Notes under the pieces: generated by a model | The model's input: only the letters and a program-made list of their open reading frames with translations | Told to the model about the DNA's origin: nothing | Database searches by the model: none | Translations under genes and position numbers: made by a program | Source: Chlamydiales bacterium | GTDB lineage: Bacteria > Chlamydiota > Chlamydiia > Chlamydiales > JBDQID01 | Length of the DNA stretch: 17,862 nucleotides | Direction of reading: 5' to 3' | Assembly: GCA_047611865.1 (NCBI GenBank) | Contig: JBLFWS010000059.1 | Location: forward strand, 1 to 17,862 | Part shown: piece after piece, positions 7,011 through 16,290 of the stretch | Layout: each line of letters begins with the position of its first letter | Position numbering within the stretch: the first letter of the stretch is position 1

Positions 7011-9140
7011 ATGTGGCATACGGGTATACAAGATTCTCCACCGCCTCAGCGGGGAAATACTAGTCACGAGCCTGGACCCCCTCCTCCTGATTTATCTTCC
7101 TCAGCCCATAATCCCTGCCTCTCCTTGAAGCCATCCGAGCTTCTTCCTTCACGTCCCTCTCCTTCAAAGTTTCCAAGACCCATCAAAGAATCAAGATCTT
7201 TTTCTTCCCTTACCCATTTAGACAACCCTTATCAAGACGACATCGTAGTTCTAATGGTCCCTCCTCAGAGACGAACAAATGCTGCAGCAAGAATGGCTGC
7301 TATGAGAGGTGGCATTAGGGTTCCAAGGAGAGTTCTTGAATGCATGAAAAAGAGCAATAGCTCTTCCCAAAAAATCCTGGAGGAAATGGGCTATTCAGAG
7401 ATTGGCAGAAAAGGAGCTAAAACCCTTCTACTCTCCAATCTTGAGGACGTCCCTTTTAATCAGGTCCCCAACCTTAATCAGTCTATCTTCGAATCTCTGG
7501 ATGAAGACATCATTTCAAAACTTTCTCCCCTTTTCTTTAAAGTTCTTACTCCAAGGCAAATTCGTCGCATAACACCCCGCCATATCGCTTCGATGTCAAA
7601 AAAACAAATACTTAGCTTTTTCCAGAGTTGGAAATCCACCTGTCTAAATAAAGACTCATTAGAAGCTATCCCAAAAGAGGTAATATCAGCTATCCCCCCA
7701 CCCCATATTCGATACATAGAATTAACCACTATAAAGAAATTTACTCGTGAGATCTTACAGGCTTTTTCTGAAAAACAAATCACCTACCTTTCGGAACAAC
7801 AAATCAAAACAATTCCTCCGGAAGTACTTGTTAGTCTAGCACCAGAAAAATTACGTGCTCTCTCTGACGATAATTTCTCAACTCTCAGTATAGAACATGT
7901 GGAAGCACTCATCCTCACTAATCAATACTTGGAACTTTCAGAAGAGCAGCAACAAGCCCTTCCTTTTCAAAGTTATTTCCAATTCTTAGCTCAATTCAAA
8001 AACCATGGAATAACTGATCGATCTAGCAGTATTAACGAAAACATTATTGTTATTGCAGAAGCTATCAGAACTAAAGAAGCAAGTTCGTTTACGAATGTTG
8101 AAATCCAGACGGTCTTTCAAGATCTAGAACAAATTCAAATGGAAATAAAAAACATTCTTAGTTTACTTAAAGCTAATGATATTTCTAAAAAGTATAGAGA
8201 ATTTGTTCATAAATCCATTGCGAAAATCCTTAAGGGGCAACCCTATGATTCTTTATTAAGATATTACCAAGATCAATTATCCACAGTTGAAGACCTTATA
8301 CACAATCTGCGAACTGTTGAAATACGGATTTATAAACCTGAAGAAATACAAAGCTGGAGTGCTCATAAATGTTCACAACTTAGCCCCATTCTAATCAAGG
8401 TAATGACGCCTCAGCAAGTCTCCAGTTTTCTTCCTCAACAACTTCGCATTCTTTCTCCCGAAGCTTCTCATGAATTGCTTCTTTTCCACAATCATCGCAT
8501 ATTCAATGCAGAACAGCTTAAAAGCTTAATCAAAGGCCGCATCGGTAAACGCTATAGTGAAATCAGTAAGTTTCAGCCTCATATAATTGCTCCTCAACAT
8601 GTTGCCACCCTTAATTCATTGACGATAGACATTCCAGCTTATTCATCAAATAACGAACAAAACCTTGAATTTAGAGATCCCAAAACCTTCGATGACAATG
8701 AATTAAATATTCTCTCCGACACCCTGCAAAAGATTAAATGCGATTTTCTCAGTTTCATAGAAATTTTGAGAATAGACAACTTACCCAAAAATGACCAAAA
8801 AATTGTTCATAAGTTGATTTCGGAATTGCTTGATACTCATGAGAGAAGCGATTTATTAAGAACTTGTCAAGGAGAATTATCCACAATTAGGATGCTCCAA
8901 AACCGCGTATCACACATTGATTCAAATAGAGATGGATTAGATGTATTTACCAAGCTTGGAGACTGGGGGTTCATTCAACTTCAGCGATACAAAGACATTG
9001 CTATCAAAGACCCTAGGGATCTTTCGGACAAGCTAGGCATATCTGAAATTAGAGACTTAAGACGTCTCAACATCAATAATGCCGAAGAGTTTGTTGCATA
9101 CATTCTACAAGACCATATTCAAGAAAAGCTGCGGTCATAA
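7011..9140 (+). CDS. Hypothetical 8-residue-repeat helical protein with a Pro/Ser-rich N-terminus (candidate secreted effector), about 709 aa
   Basis: Long ORF; AAGGAG SD (6999-7004) favours ATG 7008/7011 over 6963. It has a low-complexity P/S-rich N-terminus, 8-aa repeats (LTPRQIRR ITPRHIAS MSKKQILS ... LSEQQIKT IPPEVLVS LAPEKLRA) and a duplicated helical domain. The ORF is secure; the function is inferred. Confidence 0.85.
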   Translation: MWHTGIQDSPPPQRGNTSHEPGPPPPDLSSSAHNPCLSLKPSELLPSRPSPSKFPRPIKESRSFSSLTHLDNPYQDDIVVLMVPPQRRTNAAARMAAMRGGIRVPRRVLECMKKSNSSSQKILEEMGYSEIGRKGAKTLLLSNLEDVPFNQVPNLNQSIFESLDEDIISKLSPLFFKVLTPRQIRRITPRHIASMSKKQILSFFQSWKSTCLNKDSLEAIPKEVISAIPPPHIRYIELTTIKKFTREILQAFSEKQITYLSEQQIKTIPPEVLVSLAPEKLRALSDDNFSTLSIEHVEALILTNQYLELSEEQQQALPFQSYFQFLAQFKNHGITDRSSSINENIIVIAEAIRTKEASSFTNVEIQTVFQDLEQIQMEIKNILSLLKANDISKKYREFVHKSIAKILKGQPYDSLLRYYQDQLSTVEDLIHNLRTVEIRIYKPEEIQSWSAHKCSQLSPILIKVMTPQQVSSFLPQQLRILSPEASHELLLFHNHRIFNAEQLKSLIKGRIGKRYSEISKFQPHIIAPQHVATLNSLTIDIPAYSSNNEQNLEFRDPKTFDDNELNILSDTLQKIKCDFLSFIEILRIDNLPKNDQKIVHKLISELLDTHERSDLLRTCQGELSTIRMLQNRVSHIDSNRDGLDVFTKLGDWGFIQLQRYKDIAIKDPRDLSDKLGISEIRDLRRLNINNAEEFVAYILQDHIQEKLRS

Positions 9141-9293
9141 TATCAATATAAAGTAGATCATTTCCTGATATTCAAAATGCATTTTAGCTAGTATTAATTT
9201 TCATGCCAATTTTTTTTTCAAAAAAAACGACTTCATTTCTTGACATCAAAAAAAAATAGTATAGAAATAAAAGGATAGTCAATTAACTAATTA

Positions 9294-10217
9294 ATGGTGG
9301 TCTTTATGACTTCCCGAATTATGAAAAATGATAAAGTTAATACGGGTCGACCATATGGAGTCGAACTGAACGCTGCTAGGCTAATGGCAGAAACTATTAA
9401 CTTCGTTACTCAGTTTTTAATTCCACACCCACAAAAAAATGCTGCAACCAAAAAAAATGACCCTGTACTAACTCAGCAACTCAAAATATGGAAAAAACCA
9501 GCTTCCTCTTCTCAAAAGGGAAAGCTTGGTCAACGCGTGACAACCCATTTTCACAAAAACCACAGTACAGGAATGGCGACAGCTAGAAAGTCTCTACGCG
9601 TCGCTCTCACTATACTGAAAAACCCGCAGCCTTTTTTTGCCACATCGATCCTAAAACGCTTTAGTAAATTTAACACAAAACAAATTCAGAAAATCCCACC
9701 ACGGTTCTTTAGGCAGATGCCTTTGGAACAGCTACAAGAAATTGCCACAGTGGGCAGTGAGAAACTGACATCGAAGCAAATATTAGAACTCATGATGCGA
9801 AGATCCTGGGTTCTTTCCAAGAAGCTCATCCAAAAAGTCTCTTCCGAGGACATTCAGAAAATCCCAGTTCAAAATATTCATAATATGCCCCCGCAGATAC
9901 TCAAAATGATGAGTGAAGAACAATTTAAAAACATAACACCGCAGCAGATTCATGTAATGAGACCCATCCAAATGTGTGCAATGACATTAGATCATATCAA
10001 AGTTATGACGCAGCAACAAATCAAGGCTCTACAGCCCGATCATATTGCCGCTTTAACAAATGAGCAAATTTTTGCACTGTTCACTTCTGGAAAACTCATT
10101 AGCATGACAGAAAGACAATTTTCTGGGATACCAGAAAAAGTCCGCCACAAGATCCAGCTACTTAAAACTCACCTCTTCCCAAAACACTGTAGAAGAAGAA
10201 GAGAGCGGATTGCATAA
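9294..10217 (+). CDS. Hypothetical 8-residue-repeat protein with basic termini, related to the upstream gene
   Basis: 307-aa ORF (start could be 9294, 9306 or 9321) with repeats MSEEQFKN ITPQQIHV MRPIQMCA MTLDHIKV MTQQQIKA LQPDHIAA LTNEQIFA and the C-terminus CRRRRERIA. Confidence 0.85.
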   Translation: MVVFMTSRIMKNDKVNTGRPYGVELNAARLMAETINFVTQFLIPHPQKNAATKKNDPVLTQQLKIWKKPASSSQKGKLGQRVTTHFHKNHSTGMATARKSLRVALTILKNPQPFFATSILKRFSKFNTKQIQKIPPRFFRQMPLEQLQEIATVGSEKLTSKQILELMMRRSWVLSKKLIQKVSSEDIQKIPVQNIHNMPPQILKMMSEEQFKNITPQQIHVMRPIQMCAMTLDHIKVMTQQQIKALQPDHIAALTNEQIFALFTSGKLISMTERQFSGIPEKVRHKIQLLKTHLFPKHCRRRRERIA

Positions 10218-10233
10218 AAGAGTTGACGGATCA

Positions 10234-10992
10234 TCACATTATCCGAATGGCGCTATGGGAAACAAAACCCATGGTGCCATCCGAAGTGGATACCTTTAAC
10301 CACTTCCCATCTGTCATCACATCGATCACATGCACTTTTTCACCCTGGGGAAGAAGCTCTTCTTTTACCAAGGCATACTGTTCTCCAGCATCTCTATGTA
10401 ATTTTGCTGGGCGTACAAAAACTCCTTTCACTTCAGGAAATGCATAAGAATAAGCCAATGTCAGCCCCCAAATTGTGACAATGCCTCCTATTGCAAAAGC
10501 AATTCTCTGTACATTTCTTGAGCGTTTCCATATAAACAATGACATCAAAATTACCCAGATCAGAAATGAGGTCTTAAAAAGACTCTCCTTCTCTTTTATA
10601 GATACTTGAGAAGAAAAAAAGGCCGTTTTATCCTCCACCTTCAAGCCCGCCTTCTGTTGGGCAATCTCTAGATTTTTTCTGATCCTCGCTTCCCTCGGCA
10701 TCAAATTAATGGCCATATTATAGTAGTAAATCGCCCAGCCATATTCTTCTAACTGAAAAAAACAATTCCCGATATTCAGATAAAGTCGCCCGTCAGGAGA
10801 TGGTATCGCGCTCTCCAAATCAGAGTAAAGCGCAAGAGAGTCATTAAAAGATTCTCTTCTTTCTGCAACGGTCTTAGATTTTTCTCCCTTAAGATAGCTG
10901 GCATATGCCACTGCAAGAGAATCCTCATAAGAGGCATGCAGAGAGGTTGAAATGAAACAAATTAGCAACATTATCCAAAAAGAACTTTTCAT
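10234..10992 (-). CDS. batE: BatE-like protein (signal peptide, TPR, TM segments, C-terminal SH3b)
   Basis: TPR LYLNIGNCFFQLEEYGWAIYYYNMA...PRE..IRKNL, two hydrophobic helices, and SH3-like GEKVHVIDV..GKWLKV...G..GFV; last gene of the Bat operon. Confidence 0.8.
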   Translation of the reverse strand: MKSSFWIMLLICFISTSLHASYEDSLAVAYASYLKGEKSKTVAERRESFNDSLALYSDLESAIPSPDGRLYLNIGNCFFQLEEYGWAIYYYNMAINLMPREARIRKNLEIAQQKAGLKVEDKTAFFSSQVSIKEKESLFKTSFLIWVILMSLFIWKRSRNVQRIAFAIGGIVTIWGLTLAYSYAFPEVKGVFVRPAKLHRDAGEQYALVKEELLPQGEKVHVIDVMTDGKWLKVSTSDGTMGFVSHSAIRIM

Positions 10993-10994
10993 TT

Positions 10995-12728
10995 TTATCT
11001 ACTCCCTTTCCCGATCAAAGTAAATATTTTCTTGGCTTCTCTTATCACCTCTATCTTTTTGACATCCATTATCCCCGAAAACCTCCGTTCTTCCAAAGCA
11101 AGAAAAAATCCACGCACTTGGCCACAAACTCCATCAGATGGTAAGTCATTAATGGAATGTAAATCTTCTGCAAGAAATCCACGCTCAAAAAGTTTCAATA
11201 TCATAGCCTGCTGTAAAACCGAGAAAAACTCCTTCTCCTCACCCCGCATCTTACTTGCTCTTTTAAAAATATCCCCTGAGGTTTCCTTTTTGGGCGTCTC
11301 ACGCTTCTTTTGCATATAACGAAGCGTCCCAGTTTGTAAAAAGAGAGTCCCTATTCCGGCAAATATAATAAAGACAAGCGGCCATTCTCTTTCAGGCTCA
11401 AAATCTTCTACAGCCAATCGATAATTCCCAAAAATTTCAATTGCATCGAGTTCCTCATAAGCTGATCGCCAAGTAAGTTTTTCGCTAAGCGCTCCTTCAG
11501 AAACCTCCGCTCTATCTTCCTTCTGACTTTGAATTTCTTGGGACAACACCTCCTTTGGCATTTCAGAGGCTAGAACCCTGATCGGAATAGGCTTACTACG
11601 CAAGCTATAGTACTGCCTTGTAATCGGATTAAAACAAGCAAGTTCCAATGGAGGAATTGACGTAACACTAGAAGAAAGAGGACGAAGTTCCTGGTGATAA
11701 ATGAGTGAGGAATTTACTTCTTGACCTGCGGGCGGTAAATCTCCAAAACGAAAATCCTCAGCAAATCCAGAAAAGGAAGAAAAATTTAGAAGCTTTATTG
11801 TAGAAAACTCTCCTTCCCCAGATATTACCACCTTTAGCTCCAGCTTATCCCCAACTCGAGCTTCTGCCTTTGATAATAGGCTCACATCAAGAGAATAATC
11901 TCCAAGCATACCACTAAAATTCTCCGGACGGTTTTCTTCAGGGAAAGCTAAGACTTCAACTCTAAGCCCATTGGCTTCGGCTCTTAGCCGAGGTTTTACG
12001 TAGGTTTTCCTACCAAAAAAATCCACTTCATATGCGAAGCCCTCAATGAGAGAGGGTCCAAAGGACACTGTTCCTGGACTTGCAGCTTCGACTACTTGCT
12101 TCCACTCCTGAACAGTATACTGCCCAGAGCGATAAGTAATTCCATTTTTTTCGCCAATTCTTTTGAAACCTTGAGCTTCGAGTAAAGGCAAATCCTGTGC
12201 TGTAAGATCAATCTCCTTAATATTATATATCCTGTATCCCAGCTCAAGCTTCTGACCAGGATAAACCTCATCTCCCCCATTAACGAAGGCTTCAAGAAGA
12301 AAATGATTTGAGGACACTCCCCCTTCAATATAATAAATATTTGGATGAGAAGAAAGCTGCTTTCCTCCAACACTCACTTGAATGGATGGAAGCTTATATG
12401 TCCCTTTAGCTTTTCCTTCTATTTGAAAACGATAGTTTGAGATGACGATTCTCTTCTCGGTGCGCAGCCCATTAATAATGGTTACAGAAGATTGATAGCT
12501 GTCTCCGATAAACTCAACATCTAGCTTCTCATCAGCCATTATAAAGCTAGACTCATCTATATCTTTCCCTTCATCTCGAATAATCGTAACAAGACACTCA
12601 ACAGGCGTATTTTCAGAGGCTGTCTCACTTTTAACGGCCACTGAGATACTGTTGTCTACTCCAATAAGATGATTAAATAAAAAAGTCCACACGAAGAAGA
12701 CTATAAATAAATAGCTCTTCTTTACCAT
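10995..12728 (-). CDS. batD: BatD family protein
   Basis: Signal peptide, SSVTIING, G.YKLPSI.V, VYPGQ, V..FPEE.RP.NFSG.LG.Y, VGD.L.L.V.ISGEG, IPP....FNP....Y and a C-terminal TM; operon position agrees. Confidence 0.85.
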   Translation of the reverse strand: MVKKSYLFIVFFVWTFLFNHLIGVDNSISVAVKSETASENTPVECLVTIIRDEGKDIDESSFIMADEKLDVEFIGDSYQSSVTIINGLRTEKRIVISNYRFQIEGKAKGTYKLPSIQVSVGGKQLSSHPNIYYIEGGVSSNHFLLEAFVNGGDEVYPGQKLELGYRIYNIKEIDLTAQDLPLLEAQGFKRIGEKNGITYRSGQYTVQEWKQVVEAASPGTVSFGPSLIEGFAYEVDFFGRKTYVKPRLRAEANGLRVEVLAFPEENRPENFSGMLGDYSLDVSLLSKAEARVGDKLELKVVISGEGEFSTIKLLNFSSFSGFAEDFRFGDLPPAGQEVNSSLIYHQELRPLSSSVTSIPPLELACFNPITRQYYSLRSKPIPIRVLASEMPKEVLSQEIQSQKEDRAEVSEGALSEKLTWRSAYEELDAIEIFGNYRLAVEDFEPEREWPLVFIIFAGIGTLFLQTGTLRYMQKKRETPKKETSGDIFKRASKMRGEEKEFFSVLQQAMILKLFERGFLAEDLHSINDLPSDGVCGQVRGFFLALEERRFSGIMDVKKIEVIREAKKIFTLIGKGSR

Positions 12729-15112
12729 GGTCTCAACCCCCGCTTTGGTAGCATTTTTCGTGGCTTCCGTAGCTTATCGTCCCTTTGCATTTCCTGTAAA
12801 AGCTGTAATACATCTTGAGAAATTGTTTTGCTCGAAACCGTTGATACCTGCTTATTTTCATTTTTCTTCTCGCTATGCCCTATGCTATCGTCTTGCTCTT
12901 CTTTCTCACTCTGTTCATCACTCTTGTCTGGCTGACCTTCTTGCTTTTGAAGTTTTTTCAACGCTTCTTCCCAGTGGAGCTTTGCCTGATCTTGAAACTT
13001 CGAAGCCTCTGCTCTATGTGGAACACTTGCCACTAAAATTTTCCTGGCATTTTCCGCATTTTCTAACCCAAGATCGAAATCTTTTTGAATCTCTTCCAGA
13101 GGTATCAAGGCTTTTTTTTCTTCAGCTATCTCTGATAATAAGTTAAGAAATTCCGAAGCGTCGCCCAAAACGGTTTCTTGTACTTGACGAGTCATCATCA
13201 TTAATTCATGGCCAACACTTTCGTTTAGAGCAGCGACAGCATCATTCTCTCTTTTCGCCACGCCCTGTTCTTCCAATGCTATTTTTAAAACTTTTGCCGC
13301 CGTTAGCTCTTCATTCTGCGAATGTCCCATTGCACGTTTAAGCCAATGAACCGCATCTTCAAAAAATAAACGAGAGCTGAGAGCATTTCCTTTTTCAAAG
13401 ACTCTCTGAGACCACTCTGTGCTTTGAAGTAGGTAGGACAGGTCATTTTCTAACTTCGTCAAAGAATCCGTTTCTATCTCTCGAATCTCTGCGACAAGAA
13501 TCATCACATATTTAATATCTTTTCTCAGCTTTTCGAAGTTTATGGACTCCATAGATTCCAAAGCCTTCGAATACTCAAAGAACAAACTTTCAATTTTTTT
13601 AAACAGGAGAATCTTAGGAGACCATTTAAGCATTGCTTCGTCTATCGCCGCTTTGATGATTATCAGCTGATTCACTTCATCAGAAGTCTTCTGAAAAGAT
13701 AGCGCTGATAATACTTCTTTTATTAGCTCTTTTCTGCCCACATCTTCTTCAAGCGCAAAATGCTCATGAAATTTTTCTTTCAAAAACTCAAGACTCCACA
13801 TGATCTCAGCCAAAAATCCCGGTACCTCTCTATCTAAATCCCTCTTGCAACGGTCATACAGAGCAAGCAAAGTTTCTTCCTCTTTCTCAAAAATTTGAGT
13901 AAAAAAGACCTCTTGCCGTAGAACTTGTTCAATCGTTTCCCCATTCTCCGTAATTTCTGTAAGTAAACTATCCAATAACTTACGGGATATCTTGGAATCA
14001 ACGTCCACCCCATTTTTCCCTAGTTCCTGACTCAAAGACTTACCCACAGACAATATGAAGGAGCGATGTATTTCATTCTCATCTAGCAAGCATCTTTTAT
14101 GCGCTTTGCCCTCAATTTCTTCTAATTTACGGAAAACAATAACCCGTTCCTCTATAATTCTTCCCATAAAACTTACAGGCGAAAATTCCTTATCTAACAT
14201 ATAAAGAATCTGTTCTGTGTGTAGAAGCCCGTTCCTTCCTTCCCATAGACGGCCTTCCCTTAAAAGATCCATAGCTACAGCATTTTTACTCTCTGCCTCC
14301 ACAAAAAGGTCTTCCAAACCTTGATGAAGCTCCTGCTCTTCAGGATCTCTTTGCTTAAACTTTCCTCGTACCGCAGACCAGATAGCATCATGCTCACCTC
14401 CCTCAAAAACCAGGTAGTCCATTAAACGCATTTTTAAGTCCCGGTCGATGGATGATATTCCAAGAGCTTCCAAGCGCTCTGATCCCTTCCTGCTATGCCC
14501 TCTTAAAACATCTATTCCCTGGTCAAAATTCATATTTGCTAGATCAAAGTCGTGCTTCCTCTGAACCAGTGCTGCCCTCAGTTTCTTTAGTACTCTTTTC
14601 ATTTTAAGCAGATCATCGGAAACCTCTCCAGCCTCTCGCCCCTCAACAAGAGCTAGCTGATTGTCAATTTCCATAGCATCTTCGAGGGATTTCAAACCCT
14701 CAGATACCTTTACAGTCACACTCTGAAGCTGCTCTTTAAAGGAGGGCTCTTCTTCATCAAGTGTATGAAACAATTCATCAGCCTGACGAATATACAACAA
14801 AGTCATGTTTGAGAAAAAACCTAGCAACAATAGAGGTGAGGAATCCTCCTCAATAGAGACTGCTTGAAAACATCGATGAGCTTCATCCCAATTTCTCTGC
14901 TCCAGATATATCGAGCCTAAATTATAATTTACTACCGATCTCTCTGAAGGAGTCAATGTTTCTTCCAATACCCCCTGATAAACTTCCAGAGCCTTGGTGA
15001 ATTCTTTTCCAAGGAAATATCTCTCAGCAAGCAAGACTCGCTCCTCATAACTCTCTCCATGAAGAGCCGATCCCCATAGTACGACAATTAAAAAAACTTC
15101 CCAAATCTTCAT
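12722..15112 (-). CDS. Long TPR/helical protein occupying the BatC position
   Basis: Signal peptide, TPR (ALEVYQ...YNLGSIYLEQRNWDEAHRCF), a Q/E/D/K-rich linker and the C-terminal LLQEMQRDDK...LRPW typical of BatC tails; lies between batB and batD. Confidence 0.7.
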   Translation of the reverse strand: MKIWEVFLIVVLWGSALHGESYEERVLLAERYFLGKEFTKALEVYQGVLEETLTPSERSVVNYNLGSIYLEQRNWDEAHRCFQAVSIEEDSSPLLLLGFFSNMTLLYIRQADELFHTLDEEEPSFKEQLQSVTVKVSEGLKSLEDAMEIDNQLALVEGREAGEVSDDLLKMKRVLKKLRAALVQRKHDFDLANMNFDQGIDVLRGHSRKGSERLEALGISSIDRDLKMRLMDYLVFEGGEHDAIWSAVRGKFKQRDPEEQELHQGLEDLFVEAESKNAVAMDLLREGRLWEGRNGLLHTEQILYMLDKEFSPVSFMGRIIEERVIVFRKLEEIEGKAHKRCLLDENEIHRSFILSVGKSLSQELGKNGVDVDSKISRKLLDSLLTEITENGETIEQVLRQEVFFTQIFEKEEETLLALYDRCKRDLDREVPGFLAEIMWSLEFLKEKFHEHFALEEDVGRKELIKEVLSALSFQKTSDEVNQLIIIKAAIDEAMLKWSPKILLFKKIESLFFEYSKALESMESINFEKLRKDIKYVMILVAEIREIETDSLTKLENDLSYLLQSTEWSQRVFEKGNALSSRLFFEDAVHWLKRAMGHSQNEELTAAKVLKIALEEQGVAKRENDAVAALNESVGHELMMMTRQVQETVLGDASEFLNLLSEIAEEKKALIPLEEIQKDFDLGLENAENARKILVASVPHRAEASKFQDQAKLHWEEALKKLQKQEGQPDKSDEQSEKEEQDDSIGHSEKKNENKQVSTVSSKTISQDVLQLLQEMQRDDKLRKPRKMLPKRGLRPW

Positions 15113-16290
15113 CTCTGATGGATTCCTTTAGCTTTATTTTGGGGAATAAGAAATGCCGTAATAAAAAAGAAAATAGCGATGCCCAGGGGATATTGAAAAT
15201 AGAGATCGTATAACAACTCCCCTTCTCTATCTTTTTCAAGGGTACGTTCCACTTTGGCAAGATTTCCTTTCTCCATTTTCCCTTCTACAAAAGGTTCATC
15301 TCTAGAAATAAATTTAATTATGTCTTCCGCTATGTTCAGAGAAGAATACGTGTTTGCTGAATAATAACGACCTCTTCCCTTTTCACTGAGCTGAACGAGT
15401 ATATCTTCATCGAGAGAGGACACCACGGGTTTCCCCCCAAATATCACCCCAGGAATTTCCTGCCCTCCGGGAGATCCCAATCCTATACAAAACACTCTTA
15501 AGTTGTGCTCTCGGGCATCTACAAGACGGCTTAAAATTGTCCTCACTTCTTCCTCACGGTCTCCCCCTTTAAGACGCTCCAAGCGAGTGTCCCCCCCGTC
15601 TGTCAATAGAATGAGAGTCTTTAAAGAATTACTTCTTGAACTGAAGTGTTCTTTCCGCACAGCATCTAAAACTTCCACAAGGTCCGTGCCTGCAACATCC
15701 CCCGTATTGATCTCGATATCTTTCAATAGAAGACGGGTATATAAATAGTCAGGTGTTCCTGGCACAATTTTAGACAACTCAGAGGTAAAAGCGTAAAGAG
15801 AAACGTTTTGTCCATCCAATAAACTGATGACATCATCAATAATATCTTTTCCGTATTCCAAACGAGACTGACCAAGGGGCGTGTCACCCACTGACATCGA
15901 GGCGGAAGAGTCTAAAAGGACTATAACCTCATGAGCCCTTCGTCTAGGCTTAATCATCTCACCCTCTTTTTCCCCCTCAAGAAACTTCTCCCCAACCACA
16001 TCTTCTGAAAAACCCTCCCTGGAGTCTCCCCCTGCATAATGAGGATTACCTTTTGGCTGCATCACTGCAATGGTCACACCCAACCATACGATACAAAAAG
16101 CGCCCTCTCTTAGGACCTGAAACAGACGAGATCTCGGTACAAGTAGCTGACTCAATAGTTGTGCATCAGCAAAATTTTCTAACACTTGCTGACGATATCG
16201 GCTATAACTCCAAAAAGCCCCTAAAAGAACCAAAATACCTATAAGAAGAAAGCTGCCATTTGGAAAATCAAAAACAATATCTCGATTCAA
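15109..16290 (-). CDS. batB: BatB-like vWA membrane protein
   Basis: N-terminal TM helices, MIDAS DSSASM, GTDL, LLTDGGD, IGLGS..G..IP, G.GRYY and a C-terminal TM. TTG start with a GGAGG SD, overlapping the batA stop (TTGA). Confidence 0.85.
   Translation of the reverse strand: MNRDIVFDFPNGSFLLIGILVLLGAFWSYSRYRQQVLENFADAQLLSQLLVPRSRLFQVLREGAFCIVWLGVTIAVMQPKGNPHYAGGDSREGFSEDVVGEKFLEGEKEGEMIKPRRRAHEVIVLLDSSASMSVGDTPLGQSRLEYGKDIIDDVISLLDGQNVSLYAFTSELSKIVPGTPDYLYTRLLLKDIEINTGDVAGTDLVEVLDAVRKEHFSSRSNSLKTLILLTDGGDTRLERLKGGDREEEVRTILSRLVDAREHNLRVFCIGLGSPGGQEIPGVIFGGKPVVSSLDEDILVQLSEKGRGRYYSANTYSSLNIAEDIIKFISRDEPFVEGKMEKGNLAKVERTLEKDREGELLYDLYFQYPLGIAIFFFITAFLIPQNKAKGIHQR

Noticed and set aside
7449..10133. 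Calling the repeat proteins LRR, pentapeptide-repeat or ankyrin proteins
   Set aside because: The period is 8 residues, and LxxLxLxxN, A(D/N)Lxx and TPLH signatures are absent.
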